64,000 nt of DNA from an uncultured Oscillospiraceae bacterium (GCA_964370765.1 CAYJKW010000004.1:2995-66994), one strand, 5' to 3'; positions 46,546-56,986 are shown, numbered from the stretch's first letter. Program-made: numbers and translations. The notes: generated from the letters alone by a model not told the origin.

Positions 46546-47392
46546 TGCTATCACGCCAACCCTCACGCACCTTAACAAAACACTTTAGGTTGACCTTTGA
46601 GCCAAACAGCTCCTCCATATCAATTCTTGCAGCGCTGGCGGCTGATTTTAATGTGTTGCCACCCTTGCCAATTATAATACCCTTGTGGGTTTGCTTCTCA
46701 CACACAATATCAACATCAATATCTATGATGCCGGTATTACGCCTTGAAAACCTCTCGCATGTTACTGCAATACCGTGTGGTACCTCGTGCTCAAGCGAAA
46801 GCAGCAACTTTTCGCGCAATAACTCCGCCACAAATGCAGTTTGTGGCATATCGGTAAAACTATCGTCCGGAAAATGATGTACATCCTCCTGTGCATAGGA
46901 AGAAATTTTATCGAGCAATATTTCTGTTCCACGTTCCTCTAGCACCGAGATGCAAAGCACCTCCTCAAAGGCCCCTGTCTGCTCTAAAAGCTTACTCTGC
47001 ATATCAACCTGTTCGGGACTTAATAGGTCACACTTATTAAGTACACCTACAGCAGGTATCTTAGATTTTTTAACTCTTTCAATAAAATCAAGTTCACCCT
47101 GTGATAGTTTTTTAAATGGTGCAAATAGTGCAACAACCACATCCACCTCGGCCAAGGAACGCTTTGCATAGTCTGTCATGCGCTCACCAAGTTTTGTACG
47201 CACATTATGCAACCCTGGCGTATCATAAAATACGTACTGCAGATCACCCTTGGTTACAATTCCGGTAATTTTACTTCTTGTTGTCTGTGGTTTATGGGTA
47301 ACAATTGCTACCTTTTCACCTACAAACAGGTTCACAAGTGAAGATTTTCCGGCATTAGTACGGCCAATAATTGAAACAAATACACTTCGCAT
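46505..47392 (-). CDS. era: GTPase Era
   Basis: G1 GRTNAGKSS, G3 DTPG, G4 NKCD and a C-terminal KH domain. Confidence 0.95.
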   Translation of the reverse strand: MRSVFVSIIGRTNAGKSSLVNLFVGEKVAIVTHKPQTTRSKITGIVTKGDLQYVFYDTPGLHNVRTKLGERMTDYAKRSLAEVDVVVALFAPFKKLSQGELDFIERVKKSKIPAVGVLNKCDLLSPEQVDMQSKLLEQTGAFEEVLCISVLEERGTEILLDKISSYAQEDVHHFPDDSFTDMPQTAFVAELLREKLLLSLEHEVPHGIAVTCERFSRRNTGIIDIDVDIVCEKQTHKGIIIGKGGNTLKSAASAARIDMEELFGSKVNLKCFVKVREGWRDSNVQLKNFGFRTDR

Positions 47393-47844
47393 TATTTTTT
47401 CCTAAAATTAAATATAAATAGATAAGATATTATTAAGCTTATGATAAACATAATCAGAAAGACAGGGGTTTGAATTAGCACAACCCCTATCTTTCCTATC
47501 TTATCAATATCAAAAAACAGAATTAATCCTATTATAACGGCTACAACAGCATTAGTCAATACCGCAGCAGCAGCAATATCCTTTACCAAGCCTACATGCT
47601 CACAGTGGTTTGGTTCAAGCTTTTCCCACGTTAACTCTATTGCAGTGTTAATCAATTCTGAAGATATAACAAGCCCCATGGTTATAACTAACAGCATCCA
47701 TTGTATCTGCGAAAGCTCATACATGAAACCAAGCCAAATAACATAGGCGGATGCAACAAGGTGGAATCTTAAGTTCCGCTCGCCCTTAATACCAGCTAAT
47801 AAACCATCGGTAGCATACGTGAAAGATTTAAAAAACGCTTTCAT
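47392..47844 (-). CDS. dgkA: Diacylglycerol/undecaprenol kinase (DgkA family)
   Basis: 150 aa and 3 TM, with a conserved EL(I/L)NTAIE motif. It sits in ybeY-dgkA-era synteny. Confidence 0.85.
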   Translation of the reverse strand: MKAFFKSFTYATDGLLAGIKGERNLRFHLVASAYVIWLGFMYELSQIQWMLLVITMGLVISSELINTAIELTWEKLEPNHCEHVGLVKDIAAAAVLTNAVVAVIIGLILFFDIDKIGKIGVVLIQTPVFLIMFIISLIISYLFIFNFRKK

Positions 47845-48338
47845 CTATCGGTCTGAAATGCAGTTGTTCGAGGTAGCCCGAGCTGTGTCAATGTAAGCTC
47901 TTCCTTTTCTCTCATCTTTGCGGATTCAAGACCACCCTTTTCATGGTCATAACCTAAAAGGTGATACATGCCATGTACGGTTAAAAATGCAAGTTCACGC
48001 TGTATATCATGACCATATCTATTCGCTTGCTCTACGGCTTTTTCTAAAGAAATAACTATATCCCCAAGTATAGCCGCGCCACTTTCCTTATTAATATCAT
48101 ATTTTCCATCTTCACCCATTGGGAAAGATAGTACGTCGGTTTTATCGTTAATGTTACGGTAATCATTATTGAGCTGTTTTATCTCTGCATTGTTGACAAG
48201 AGATACTGTTACCTCGGCGTCTGACGGAAACCCCTCATTTTTAAGCACAGCTTTACAGCTTCTTCTAATAAGTATCCTTGTGCCTGTTGGGATCTTAATC
48301 TCGTTTTGCCGATCTATAATATAAACCCTGTCTTTCAT
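47841..48338 (-). CDS. ybeY: rRNA maturation endoribonuclease YbeY
   Basis: Zinc motif HGMYHLLGYDH. The start was set at MKDRVYII and overlaps the phoH 3' end. Confidence 0.9.
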   Translation of the reverse strand: MKDRVYIIDRQNEIKIPTGTRILIRRSCKAVLKNEGFPSDAEVTVSLVNNAEIKQLNNDYRNINDKTDVLSFPMGEDGKYDINKESGAAILGDIVISLEKAVEQANRYGHDIQRELAFLTVHGMYHLLGYDHEKGGLESAKMREKEELTLTQLGLPRTTAFQTDR

Positions 48339-49305
48339 TGCCAGCCTTTCTTTTATTCGCTTGTTTTTCATGTTTCTCATATGCAGACACTATAGCTTCC
48401 ACTATATGGTGCCTGACAACATCCTTAGCTGTGAGGATAACCTTCTTAACCCCATCAATATCCTCTGTTACCTTTGCCGCCTGTACGAGACCACTTCTTG
48501 CCTTATCCGGTAAGTCTATCTGGGTAACATCACCGGTAATTATCATCTTTGAGCCATTGCCAAGCCTTGTTAAAAACATCTTCATTTGTTCTGGTGTGGT
48601 GTTTTGTGCCTCATCTAGAATTATAAAGCTATCATCCAGTGTGCGACCTCTCATATAGGCGAGCGGAGCAACCTCGATGGTGCCTTTTTCCAGCATCCTC
48701 GAAAAAACTTCAGATCCGAGCATATCATACAACCCATCGTATAGCGGTCGCAGATACGGATCAACCTTATTTTGCAGATCTCCTGGTAAAAACCCAAGTT
48801 TTTCACCGGCCTCAACAGCTGGACGGGTAAGTATAATTCTTGAAACCTCATGGGCTTTTAGAGATTTTACCGCAAGTGCAACTGCAAGGTAAGTTTTGCC
48901 GGTTCCGGCAGGACCTATTCCAAAGGTTATTGTAGAACTTTTTATTGCCTCAATGTACTGCTTTTGCCCGAGAGTTTTAGGATGAACCGGCTTACCTTTA
49001 ATGGTAACAGCAACCAAATCGCCGGACAACTCTGCTATTTCACCCCCCCTTCCTGCCTTTGCAAGACCTATGCAGTAACGCATTGTTTGTTCGTCCAACA
49101 CACGCCCCTGCGCACGAAGCTGCTGTGCTGCAACTAAAGCATCTTTTGCTACCTTACTGTTTTCGCCAGAAATTTTAAGTTCATCATCACGTGCAACGGC
49201 TGTTATGTTGAGTTCCTTTATAAGCACCAACAGTAGCTCATCACGATGTCCAAGTAGCGCCAACAATTCCTCTGAATTGTTGAGTTCCAGTGTATCCTCT
49301 GCCAT
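48295..49305 (-). CDS. phoH: PhoH-like ATPase
   Basis: Walker A GPAGTGKTYLA and Walker B FIILDEAQN. Confidence 0.93.
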   Translation of the reverse strand: MAEDTLELNNSEELLALLGHRDELLLVLIKELNITAVARDDELKISGENSKVAKDALVAAQQLRAQGRVLDEQTMRYCIGLAKAGRGGEIAELSGDLVAVTIKGKPVHPKTLGQKQYIEAIKSSTITFGIGPAGTGKTYLAVALAVKSLKAHEVSRIILTRPAVEAGEKLGFLPGDLQNKVDPYLRPLYDGLYDMLGSEVFSRMLEKGTIEVAPLAYMRGRTLDDSFIILDEAQNTTPEQMKMFLTRLGNGSKMIITGDVTQIDLPDKARSGLVQAAKVTEDIDGVKKVILTAKDVVRHHIVEAIVSAYEKHEKQANKRKAGNERQGLYYRSAKRD

Positions 49306-49379
49306 CTAACCTCATTAAAATACTAATATTCTTTCTTCACCTATATTATAGCAATAGTAACACAAAAAGTAAATACTTT

Positions 49380-50528
49380 TTACTCAATTTTGATAATATT
49401 TGCTAAAAAAGTATATTCAACATTGGTTATTACATCCATGTCCCTAACCTCATAGCTGATTTTTTTTGACAAAACAGTCAAATCATCATAGTCTTCATAA
49501 AGTTGCCTTTCTATTCGTCTATCAGCTTTTAGTGCCGCCTCCTCAGCTGTAAGTTCTATCTGCGCATAACGTGTTCTGGTAAGCTGTGTTTTTTCAATCG
49601 TCATTGGTAACTTAAACCCTAAAACTGTTAAAGGTTCAATCGATGTCTGTCTGTGATAATTATTATCAAAATTGCCCGAAAACCCGATAGGCACCCTGAA
49701 AGACAAAAAGCGTATAGCATAAAAGCTTTTACTATCGTTTGTCAGTAGTTGTGTAGTTATTTCAAGCGGTTCGGTATGTGTGTAATACGCTTCTCCATAC
49801 CCTATTATCTGCGCCTGCACAGGAGATAACACGATCTCGTTATCTATATTTAAACTCACGTTATCTACAAGCAGTTGACCTTTAGCTACCGACTGATTCA
49901 CCTTCACCATGTTATAGCCTTTATATACCTGTACCGATGAAATAATTCCATCAAATGCAGCAACTAAACGTCCGTCATACTCCTGCACGACATAGTGTAA
50001 TTCGGGAGTTTTTGCCGACACCTCTAACCTTCCTCCAATAAAATTAAGTTTTAAATATGAAAATGTATCGCTTTTGGTAAGGATATTTTGTTCTACCAGT
50101 CTAAGGTGATCACTATCTGCAACACAGCCAGGATAGATACCTTCCGAAAAAAGCAATGCTTTAATCGCAAGTGAATTTTCGCGAGAAAGGGCACCGGTGT
50201 CGATCCTCCAAACCATACAGGTCAACAGATATAGTGTTAAAAAAAACAACGCAGCAGCCGGAATCAAGCTCCATCTGCGGTATACACGCTTAAACAAGAA
50301 AAGCGGCCCTGCTTTTCTTGTAAGATACACCCTACATCCTGTCCCTTTTCTTAGATTATGGATAGCCCTGTAATGCCTTGCCGGCATACTGAAGATAATA
50401 CCAGTTTTTATCCCAACAACCTCCTTAGGAGTAATACCATACATAGAAATTCTATTTAAAAGCAGTTCAGGGTTCCCACCCTCTGCACACACATGTATAG
50501 TATGTGACAAAAACCCGATTATGTTCAT
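49380..50528 (-). CDS. yqfD: Sporulation protein YqfD (stage IV)
   Basis: 382 aa with a single central TM helix. It occupies the conserved position between yqfC and phoH. Confidence 0.8.
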   Translation of the reverse strand: MNIIGFLSHTIHVCAEGGNPELLLNRISMYGITPKEVVGIKTGIIFSMPARHYRAIHNLRKGTGCRVYLTRKAGPLFLFKRVYRRWSLIPAAALFFLTLYLLTCMVWRIDTGALSRENSLAIKALLFSEGIYPGCVADSDHLRLVEQNILTKSDTFSYLKLNFIGGRLEVSAKTPELHYVVQEYDGRLVAAFDGIISSVQVYKGYNMVKVNQSVAKGQLLVDNVSLNIDNEIVLSPVQAQIIGYGEAYYTHTEPLEITTQLLTNDSKSFYAIRFLSFRVPIGFSGNFDNNYHRQTSIEPLTVLGFKLPMTIEKTQLTRTRYAQIELTAEEAALKADRRIERQLYEDYDDLTVLSKKISYEVRDMDVITNVEYTFLANIIKIE

Positions 50529-50812
50529 TTTTTTACCTCATTACGGTCAAGACGGACTGTATGTACCGTACCAGCAAGAAGGGTTCCGCGCCTTGACAGG
50601 TTGATTAATCGCAACTGTTCGCCTGTGAATGTTAGCGAAAGTCTCCCCTGTGTAACTACGAGTAGATTATCGGTAAAGTTTTTTATCCTATCACAGTCCT
50701 CTATAATTATTCTCCCCGACGTATCAATTGTTAAAAAGTTATGTCTACCAACGTGACCTCCCGCAGATGGCAACTTATCCAGCAGTTTATCAAAATACTT
50801 ATTTCTTTTCAT
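50525..50812 (-). CDS. yqfC: YabP/YqfC-family sporulation protein
   Basis: 95 aa with a YabP-like pattern (...LLVVTQGRLSLTFTGEQLRLINL...). Its stop overlaps the yqfD start. Confidence 0.8.
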   Translation of the reverse strand: MKRNKYFDKLLDKLPSAGGHVGRHNFLTIDTSGRIIIEDCDRIKNFTDNLLVVTQGRLSLTFTGEQLRLINLSRRGTLLAGTVHTVRLDRNEVKK

Positions 50813-50878
50813 AATGCCCTCTTTCTAAAAATATGCAACAGTACATATATTAAAATATAGAAATCATCGGGGGGATTT

Positions 50879-51931
50879 ATGCGAATTTTAAGAGGTACAA
50901 CTGAATTTTTGTTTAAGTCGGCCTGCTTTGTTTTGTTGTTTTTACTGCTTTTTAACGCTGACACAGCCATCTATGCATTAAAAAAATCAACCGTCTACGC
51001 AGTTACAACAGTTTCTGTGGCAATTTTTCCGTATATGATCATGGCTTCTTTATTATCTACAGGGCGATCAGCAAAGTTTCTGGGTGCACCTTTTATACCA
51101 ATAAGTCGCTACATTCTTAAAATCCGCTCAGTAAAGGCTGCAACAGTTTTATCTATTGCGCTTATCGGAGGTTTTGCAGCTGCAGGAGTTGTTATATCGA
51201 GATTATTTGCAAAGCAGGTGTTAAGCTTAAACGAAGCAAAACGCCTAGTTATTGCAACATATATCCCTAGCGCTCCTTTTATCATAATTGTGGTTGGAAA
51301 AAACATTTTCGGTAGCTATACTATAGGCATTTATATTGCAATCGCTATAGTTTTAGCAACACTACTTTGTGCCTCTTTGTTAATGGCCGGCAAAAAAATT
51401 GAAAGCCACCATACAACCGATAACGATATTGCTACTCCTATAGGAGCCCACATAAACGAAGCCATTAAAGCCGCTACAATTAATACATTATACATCTGTG
51501 GATTAATATGTTTTTTTGGAATGGTTTGTGAAATGATGTATATTTTTTTTATCGGCAGTGACATAGCAATTATTTTTGCAGGTTTAATGGAGTTCTCGAC
51601 CGCACTTTCATATACTGTGGAAAATGGAATATATTGGACCACTTTCTTCTTGGGCCTGCTTGGCATATGTTCGTATTTTCAACTATCTGTTATTACCGGT
51701 GAAATAACAGAGATAAAAACCTTTGTTTTAAGCCGTTTAATCTCCGCACCTTTAAGCTTATTAATCCTAAAACTTTTATTTGCATTACGCCCGATAGAAA
51801 TCACGGCTATATCCAGCATGGGTAAAATATATATTTTGCCATACCAATATAACATTGAAATGTCAATTTTAGTCTTTTTGATAATAATTATCAGTTTCAC
51901 TGATTTTATAGCAAAAAAAGGTTTACAATAA
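50879..51931 (+). CDS. Polytopic membrane protein (YlbJ / nucleoside-recognition-like, provisional)
   Basis: 350 aa with about 9 TM helices. GGGGGA RBS. It is divergent from yqfC. Confidence 0.5.
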   Translation: MRILRGTTEFLFKSACFVLLFLLLFNADTAIYALKKSTVYAVTTVSVAIFPYMIMASLLSTGRSAKFLGAPFIPISRYILKIRSVKAATVLSIALIGGFAAAGVVISRLFAKQVLSLNEAKRLVIATYIPSAPFIIIVVGKNIFGSYTIGIYIAIAIVLATLLCASLLMAGKKIESHHTTDNDIATPIGAHINEAIKAATINTLYICGLICFFGMVCEMMYIFFIGSDIAIIFAGLMEFSTALSYTVENGIYWTTFFLGLLGICSYFQLSVITGEITEIKTFVLSRLISAPLSLLILKLLFALRPIEITAISSMGKIYILPYQYNIEMSILVFLIIIISFTDFIAKKGLQ

Positions 51932-51957
51932 CGGTAAAAAGGTATATTATATAGTTA

Positions 51958-52209
51958 GTGGAGATGAACGCGTGGAAAGAAATGGCAAAGTACATAAAAT
52001 CTAAATTGTTTGGCGCAAACATCGAGCCGGCTTGCTGTTATTGTGAGCTTGGCAGTTTGGCACAGGACAAAAAAATGATTTTATGTATAAAAAAAGGAAT
52101 AACCTCACCATACTATCATTGTAGAAAATTTATTTATGCTCCGCTTAAAAGAATACCAAACAAAAAACAAAAACTACGGGAATTTTCTCACGATGATTTT
52201 AAATTATAA
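51958..52209 (+). CDS. Small basic Cys-rich protein of unknown function
   Basis: 83-aa ORF with CCYC...C...HC. The start is ambiguous: GTG 51958, ATG 51964 or ATG 51982. It lies directly upstream of iscS. Confidence 0.45.
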   Translation: MEMNAWKEMAKYIKSKLFGANIEPACCYCELGSLAQDKKMILCIKKGITSPYYHCRKFIYAPLKRIPNKKQKLREFSHDDFKL

Positions 52210-52221
52210 AGGAATTGAAAT

Positions 52222-53379
52222 ATGATTTATTTTGATAATGCGGCCACAACACCGTTAAAGAAAGAGGTACTCGATGAGATGCTACCCTATCTTTCAACCG
52301 ATTTTTACAACCCATCAAGTATATATTCCCCGGCACAAAAGGTTCGCTCTGCATTAAATACCGCAAGGGAGATAACAGCTACGGCTATCGGAGCTAAACC
52401 AAGAGAGATTTACTACACATCCTGCGGAACCGAGGCAATTAACTGGGCATTAAAAGGTGCCGCAATGATGATGAAGAAAAAAGGTAAAACCGGAATTCTT
52501 GTTAGCAGCATAGAGCACCATGCCGTTCTACATTGCGCAGAAAAGCTTAAAAAAGATGGCTTTGATGTAACGTTTCTACCGGTAGATGAAAATGGAACTG
52601 TTACTGCACAGACATTAAAGGATGCTATTAACGAGAATGTTGGCCTTTGTAGCATAATGATGGGTAACAACGAGATAGGCACAGTCCAGGAAATAAAGAC
52701 ATTATGCGATATAGCACACGAAAGCAAGATTGTTTTTCATACTGATGCTGTACAGGCTGTAGGTAGCATAAAGGTAGATGTAGCCGAACTTGGTGTTGAT
52801 ATGTTGACCTTCTCGGCTCACAAATTCGGCGGCCCTAAAGGCGTAGGGGCATTATATATCAAAACAGCAACTGCTGTAGAAACATTATTAGATGGTGGTG
52901 CACAGGAAAATAACCGCCGTGCCGGAACAGAAAATGTTGCCGGTATTATCGGCCTTGCAAAAGCTATTGACCTTGCAGTTAAAAGCTTGGATGAGCGCCA
53001 AAAATATGTTGAATCTTTGCGAGAGATGCTAATAGAGGAGATATCACAAAACATCCCAAAGGTTAGATTTAACGGTAACCCCAAAAGCCATCTTCCCGGA
53101 ATAGTTAGTGCTTCTTTTGAGGGTATTGAGGGTGAGGGTATTTTATTAATGTTAGATATGAAAGGCGTTGCCGCATCCTCTGGCTCTGCCTGCGCATCCG
53201 GGTCGCTTGATCCGAGCCATGTGATACTTGCCACCGGCTTATCACACGGCATAGCACAAGGCACCATAAGGTTCTCCTTAAGTGCCGACAACACCGCACA
53301 AGAGGTTAAGACGGTAGCCGGGGAATTAATAGCTATAGTCGAAAGACTACGGTCTATGTCGCCGGTATGGAACGGTTAG
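52222..53379 (+). CDS. iscS: Cysteine desulfurase (NifS/IscS type)
   Basis: PLP-Lys region FSAHKFGGPKG and active-site loop SSGSACASG. Confidence 0.93.
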   Translation: MIYFDNAATTPLKKEVLDEMLPYLSTDFYNPSSIYSPAQKVRSALNTAREITATAIGAKPREIYYTSCGTEAINWALKGAAMMMKKKGKTGILVSSIEHHAVLHCAEKLKKDGFDVTFLPVDENGTVTAQTLKDAINENVGLCSIMMGNNEIGTVQEIKTLCDIAHESKIVFHTDAVQAVGSIKVDVAELGVDMLTFSAHKFGGPKGVGALYIKTATAVETLLDGGAQENNRRAGTENVAGIIGLAKAIDLAVKSLDERQKYVESLREMLIEEISQNIPKVRFNGNPKSHLPGIVSASFEGIEGEGILLMLDMKGVAASSGSACASGSLDPSHVILATGLSHGIAQGTIRFSLSADNTAQEVKTVAGELIAIVERLRSMSPVWNG

Positions 53380-53400
53380 TATAGAAAGGATTTAAGATAG

Positions 53401-53817
53401 ATGTACAGCGATAAAGTAATGGATCATTTTACAAACCCACGTAATATGGGCGATGTAGAGAATGCAAATGCAGTAGGCACTGTTGGTAATGAAAAATGTG
53501 GCGATATAATGAAAATCTCTATGAGAATCGAAAAAGGACTTGTAGAGGATGTAAAGTTTAAAACTTTTGGTTGTGGAGCTGCAGTTGCGACGAGCTCCAT
53601 GGCAACCGAGTTGATAAAAGGTAAAACTATAACAGAGGCTGGCTCGTTAACAAACAAAGCAGTAATGGAGGCGCTTGACGGACTTCCTCCTGCAAAAATA
53701 CACTGTAGCTTACTTGCCGAAGAAGCAGTAAAAGAGGCTCTTGGTAACTACTATATCTCCCAAGGTATAGACCCAACATCAATACTTGGTGATTATAAAA
53801 AACATGAACACGAATAG
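53401..53817 (+). CDS. iscU: Fe-S cluster assembly scaffold (IscU/NifU N-terminal type)
   Basis: Three ligand Cys in GNEKCGD, FGCGAA and HCSLLA contexts. Confidence 0.93.
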   Translation: MYSDKVMDHFTNPRNMGDVENANAVGTVGNEKCGDIMKISMRIEKGLVEDVKFKTFGCGAAVATSSMATELIKGKTITEAGSLTNKAVMEALDGLPPAKIHCSLLAEEAVKEALGNYYISQGIDPTSILGDYKKHEHE

Positions 53818-54838
53818 TAATAAAATATTAGTAGGCTTATCCGGCGGCGTAGATTCTTCTGCCGCCGTTTTGCTTTTGCAAGAAAAGGGGTATGATGTTA
53901 TTACGGCATCCATCCTATTTTCTCAACGACATAAAAAAGATGTACACGCAGCAGCACATCTAGCAGCCGAGCTTAACACAAAGCATTACGAGATAGATAT
54001 GCAGGAAGAGTTTGAGTATAATGTTTTATCCGATTTTTGCGAAAATTATATTAATGGATGCACCCCAAACCCCTGTATACGCTGCAATCCAACTGTTAAG
54101 TTTAAAGCCTTGACAGCACTTGCAGATGAACTCGGGGTCGAAAAAATAGCTACAGGACATTATGCTGAATGCTTACAGGTAGGGGGCGACATTGTTTTGC
54201 TGTCTGCACAAAATAATGCCAAGGATCAAAGTTATATGCTTTATCGGCTACCAACACAAATTTTAAAAAGAGTCATCTTTCCGCTAGCACTATACGACAA
54301 GAAAAACGTAAGAGCGATAGCCAAGCAGCACCTGTTATCATCAGCAGATCGAGCCGATTCTCAAGAACTATGTTTTTGTGATAATTATATAGAGTTCTTA
54401 TCACAAAGAGGTGAGTATGCAAGGCCCGGTAATTTTTTACTTCCGGACGGCACCAGTAGACCACATAACGGTAGCTACCATTACACCATAGGACAACGCA
54501 AAGGCTTGGGGGTTTCATACAAACACCCACTTTATGTAAAAAGCATACAGCCTGATGCAAACATTGTTCTAAGTTGCAAAGAAGAGTTGTTTACAGATAA
54601 GATTAATATAACCGACGTTATTTTTAACACAAGTCTAAGTTTCGACAATCAAAACTTGTTTTGCAAAATAAGAAGCACCGCATCACCTACACTATGTAGC
54701 CTAATAGAATCCGGCAATGATAACTATCTTGTAACTACACATCAAGCAGTTTACGCTCCCGCTAAGGGGCAATCAGTTGTGCTTTACACCAAGATAGATG
54801 ATAGATTGGCCGTAATTGGTGGAGGAATAATAACTTAG
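53804..54838 (+). CDS. mnmA: tRNA-specific 2-thiouridylase MnmA
   Basis: PP-loop GLSGGVDSS, NPCIRCN and KDQSYML motifs. The start was set at the ATG at 53804 and overlaps iscU by 14 nt. Confidence 0.93.
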   Translation: MNTNSNKILVGLSGGVDSSAAVLLLQEKGYDVITASILFSQRHKKDVHAAAHLAAELNTKHYEIDMQEEFEYNVLSDFCENYINGCTPNPCIRCNPTVKFKALTALADELGVEKIATGHYAECLQVGGDIVLLSAQNNAKDQSYMLYRLPTQILKRVIFPLALYDKKNVRAIAKQHLLSSADRADSQELCFCDNYIEFLSQRGEYARPGNFLLPDGTSRPHNGSYHYTIGQRKGLGVSYKHPLYVKSIQPDANIVLSCKEELFTDKINITDVIFNTSLSFDNQNLFCKIRSTASPTLCSLIESGNDNYLVTTHQAVYAPAKGQSVVLYTKIDDRLAVIGGGIIT

Positions 54839-54841
54839 TCT

Positions 54842-56338
54842 ATGAATAAAATTGTCACTACTGATTACAGTCCGCTCGTTACCTCAGCCGAGATGAAAAG
54901 ACTTGACACCAATACCATTGAGTACAAAGGTATATCATCAGCTGAATTAATGCTTGATGCTTCTAGGGCATTATTCACTGTAATTAAAAAAATGCAGTTA
55001 GCTAATAAAAATATATTAATACTCTGTGGCGGCGGTAACAACGGCGGTGACGGGTATGCACTCGCCACTCTCTTAGCCAGCAGCTATAATGACACTTATC
55101 TTGTTAATCTATCAAACAAGGTAGCTTCTAATGATGCAATTTACTACCGTAACCTTGCTGTGGCTAATCCATTAATCAAGGAGATTTGTGTAGATCAAAT
55201 CCCCGATATTATCGAAAGCTGCTCGTTAGTTGTAGATGCCGTTTTCGGTACAGGTTTTAGAGGGAGTTTATCGACTCAAATTACAGACACATTTAGGATT
55301 ATTGATGATTCAAGCGCTGTAAAGCTGGCAGTAGATATCCCTAGCGGAGTATACTGTGACACAGCCGAGGTTGCACCGGGGGCATTTAAGGCAGATATCA
55401 CCGTAACATTTGAATTTTTAAAGCCAGGACTTGTATCATATCCTGCAAGGGATTATTGTGGCAACTTAAAGGTTGTAGACATAGGTTTTCCTCTAAGTAT
55501 TAAGAATGATGTTCGGTTCGATGCAATTCAGCTTAATAGCAGGCAAGTAGCGTCTTACAATAATCGATATTCTAAAAACACTAACAAAGGCAATTACGGT
55601 AAAATTCTATCGGTATGTGGTAGCAAAGGCATGAGTGGTGCCGCATATCTTTCGGCAATGGGTGCTTTGCGTAGTGGGATAGGCTTGTTTTATTTAGCTT
55701 GTGAGGAACAATGTCTTCTTCCCCTGCAGCTAAAGTTAACAGAGCCGATATTTCTGCCCTATAAAGAAAACATAGATGAGATTGGCGAACTATCAAGGTA
55801 TGACTGTATTTTGCATGGTTGTGGTAGCACCACTCAACGACCGGAGATCACCGAATATCTACTAAAAAAATGTCGTAATACTATTATATTGGATGCAGAT
55901 GCACTAAATAACATCGCTAAGCATCCAGAACTATTAAGCTATTTAAGCTGTACCGCTATACTAACACCGCATCCGGGAGAGATGGCAAGACTTACCGGCT
56001 ACACGATTGCCGAGGTTCAGTCTAACAGAATTAGCTGTGCTATAGAATATGCAGCTAAGACAGGGTGTTTCGTTGTGTTAAAGGGCGCTGCAACAATAAT
56101 AGCCGAACCAAACGGCAGATATGCCGTTAATCCTACCGGTAACCCCGGCTTGGCAAAGGGTGGAAGTGGCGATGTGTTAGCAGGGATGATAGCTGCATAC
56201 TGCGTAAATGCCACCGATATATTCATGGCAATCTCTGCCGCAGTATATGAGCACGGTGCGGCAGCCGATAGATGCCTACAACATCGATCAATGCAAAACC
56301 TTCTCCCTAGCGATATAGTAAACGAGATTAATAGATAA
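54842..56338 (+). CDS. nnr: Bifunctional NAD(P)H-hydrate repair enzyme Nnr (epimerase + ADP-dependent dehydratase)
   Basis: N-terminal YjeF_N (CGGGNNGGDG) plus a C-terminal carbohydrate-kinase domain (KGGSGDVLAG). Confidence 0.9.
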   Translation: MNKIVTTDYSPLVTSAEMKRLDTNTIEYKGISSAELMLDASRALFTVIKKMQLANKNILILCGGGNNGGDGYALATLLASSYNDTYLVNLSNKVASNDAIYYRNLAVANPLIKEICVDQIPDIIESCSLVVDAVFGTGFRGSLSTQITDTFRIIDDSSAVKLAVDIPSGVYCDTAEVAPGAFKADITVTFEFLKPGLVSYPARDYCGNLKVVDIGFPLSIKNDVRFDAIQLNSRQVASYNNRYSKNTNKGNYGKILSVCGSKGMSGAAYLSAMGALRSGIGLFYLACEEQCLLPLQLKLTEPIFLPYKENIDEIGELSRYDCILHGCGSTTQRPEITEYLLKKCRNTIILDADALNNIAKHPELLSYLSCTAILTPHPGEMARLTGYTIAEVQSNRISCAIEYAAKTGCFVVLKGAATIIAEPNGRYAVNPTGNPGLAKGGSGDVLAGMIAAYCVNATDIFMAISAAVYEHGAAADRCLQHRSMQNLLPSDIVNEINR

Positions 56339-56342
56339 ATAT

Positions 56343-56378
56343 CATGGTGCAATATGATAGTATTGCACCATGTTTTTG
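56343..56378 (+). terminator. Intrinsic terminator after nnr
   Basis: 12-bp perfect stem catggtgcaata / tattgcaccatg followed by TTTTT. Confidence 0.75.
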
Positions 56379-56462
56379 ATTTATCAAAATTTTTTATATT
56401 AAAGGTAATAGCATTATAAAAATAACATATAATATAGTATTAGCAAGTTTTGGAGACATACT

Positions 56463-56942
56463 ATGTTAGATTATATCAAAAAGAATTGGCTTGGCCTGCT
56501 TGGCTTTATAGTAGCTATAGAGGCTATTGGGGCAATATCCGGTTTTTTCTCCCAAGGATCACCAGAGATATATACAAATCTTATAAAGCCTCCTTTTTCA
56601 CCACCATCGGTGCTATTCGGAATTGTATGGCCTATACTATATGCACTTTTAGGAATCTCTCTTTACAGAATATATAAAACAGCTGCAACCGATAAACGTA
56701 AGATGGCACTTGTAATTTTCTTTATACAACTTGCAGTAAACGTTATATGGCCTTTAACCTTTTTCAGTTTTCAAAATTATATAGTAGCCGCTGTTGTTTT
56801 ATTAATTCTTGATGCGCTTGCTGTTATTATGTATCAAAAATTTTTAGCAATAGACAAGCTATCCAGCCAACTTATTATCCCCTATCTTGCGTGGATAATA
56901 TTTGCAACATATCTTAACATCGGTATTGTAATACTAAATTAA
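56463..56942 (+). CDS. tspO: TspO/MBR tryptophan-rich sensory protein
   Basis: 159 aa and 5 TM. TspO pattern present (KPPFSPP, VWPILY, AWIIFATYLN). Confidence 0.85.
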   Translation: MLDYIKKNWLGLLGFIVAIEAIGAISGFFSQGSPEIYTNLIKPPFSPPSVLFGIVWPILYALLGISLYRIYKTAATDKRKMALVIFFIQLAVNVIWPLTFFSFQNYIVAAVVLLILDALAVIMYQKFLAIDKLSSQLIIPYLAWIIFATYLNIGIVILN

Positions 56943-56948
56943 ACTATC

Positions 56949-56979
56949 AAAGGGCTGTGGTGAAAAATCACAGCCCTTT
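56949..56979. terminator. Bidirectional terminator between tspO and the PBP gene
   Basis: 11-bp perfect stem aaagggctgtg / cacagcccttt. Confidence 0.7.
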
Positions 56980-56986
56980 ATATGCA

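Noticed and set aside
45721-50812. Absence of pgpH (yqfF) and cdd from the yqfC-yqfD-phoH-ybeY-dgkA-era-recO array, compared with Bacillus subtilis.
   Set aside because: This is common lineage-specific variation of the operon. It is not evidence of anything unusual here.
56450-56677. 75-aa ORF overlapping the start of tspO in another frame.
   Set aside because: The tspO frame carries the family motifs and a GGAG RBS. The overlapping frame has neither.
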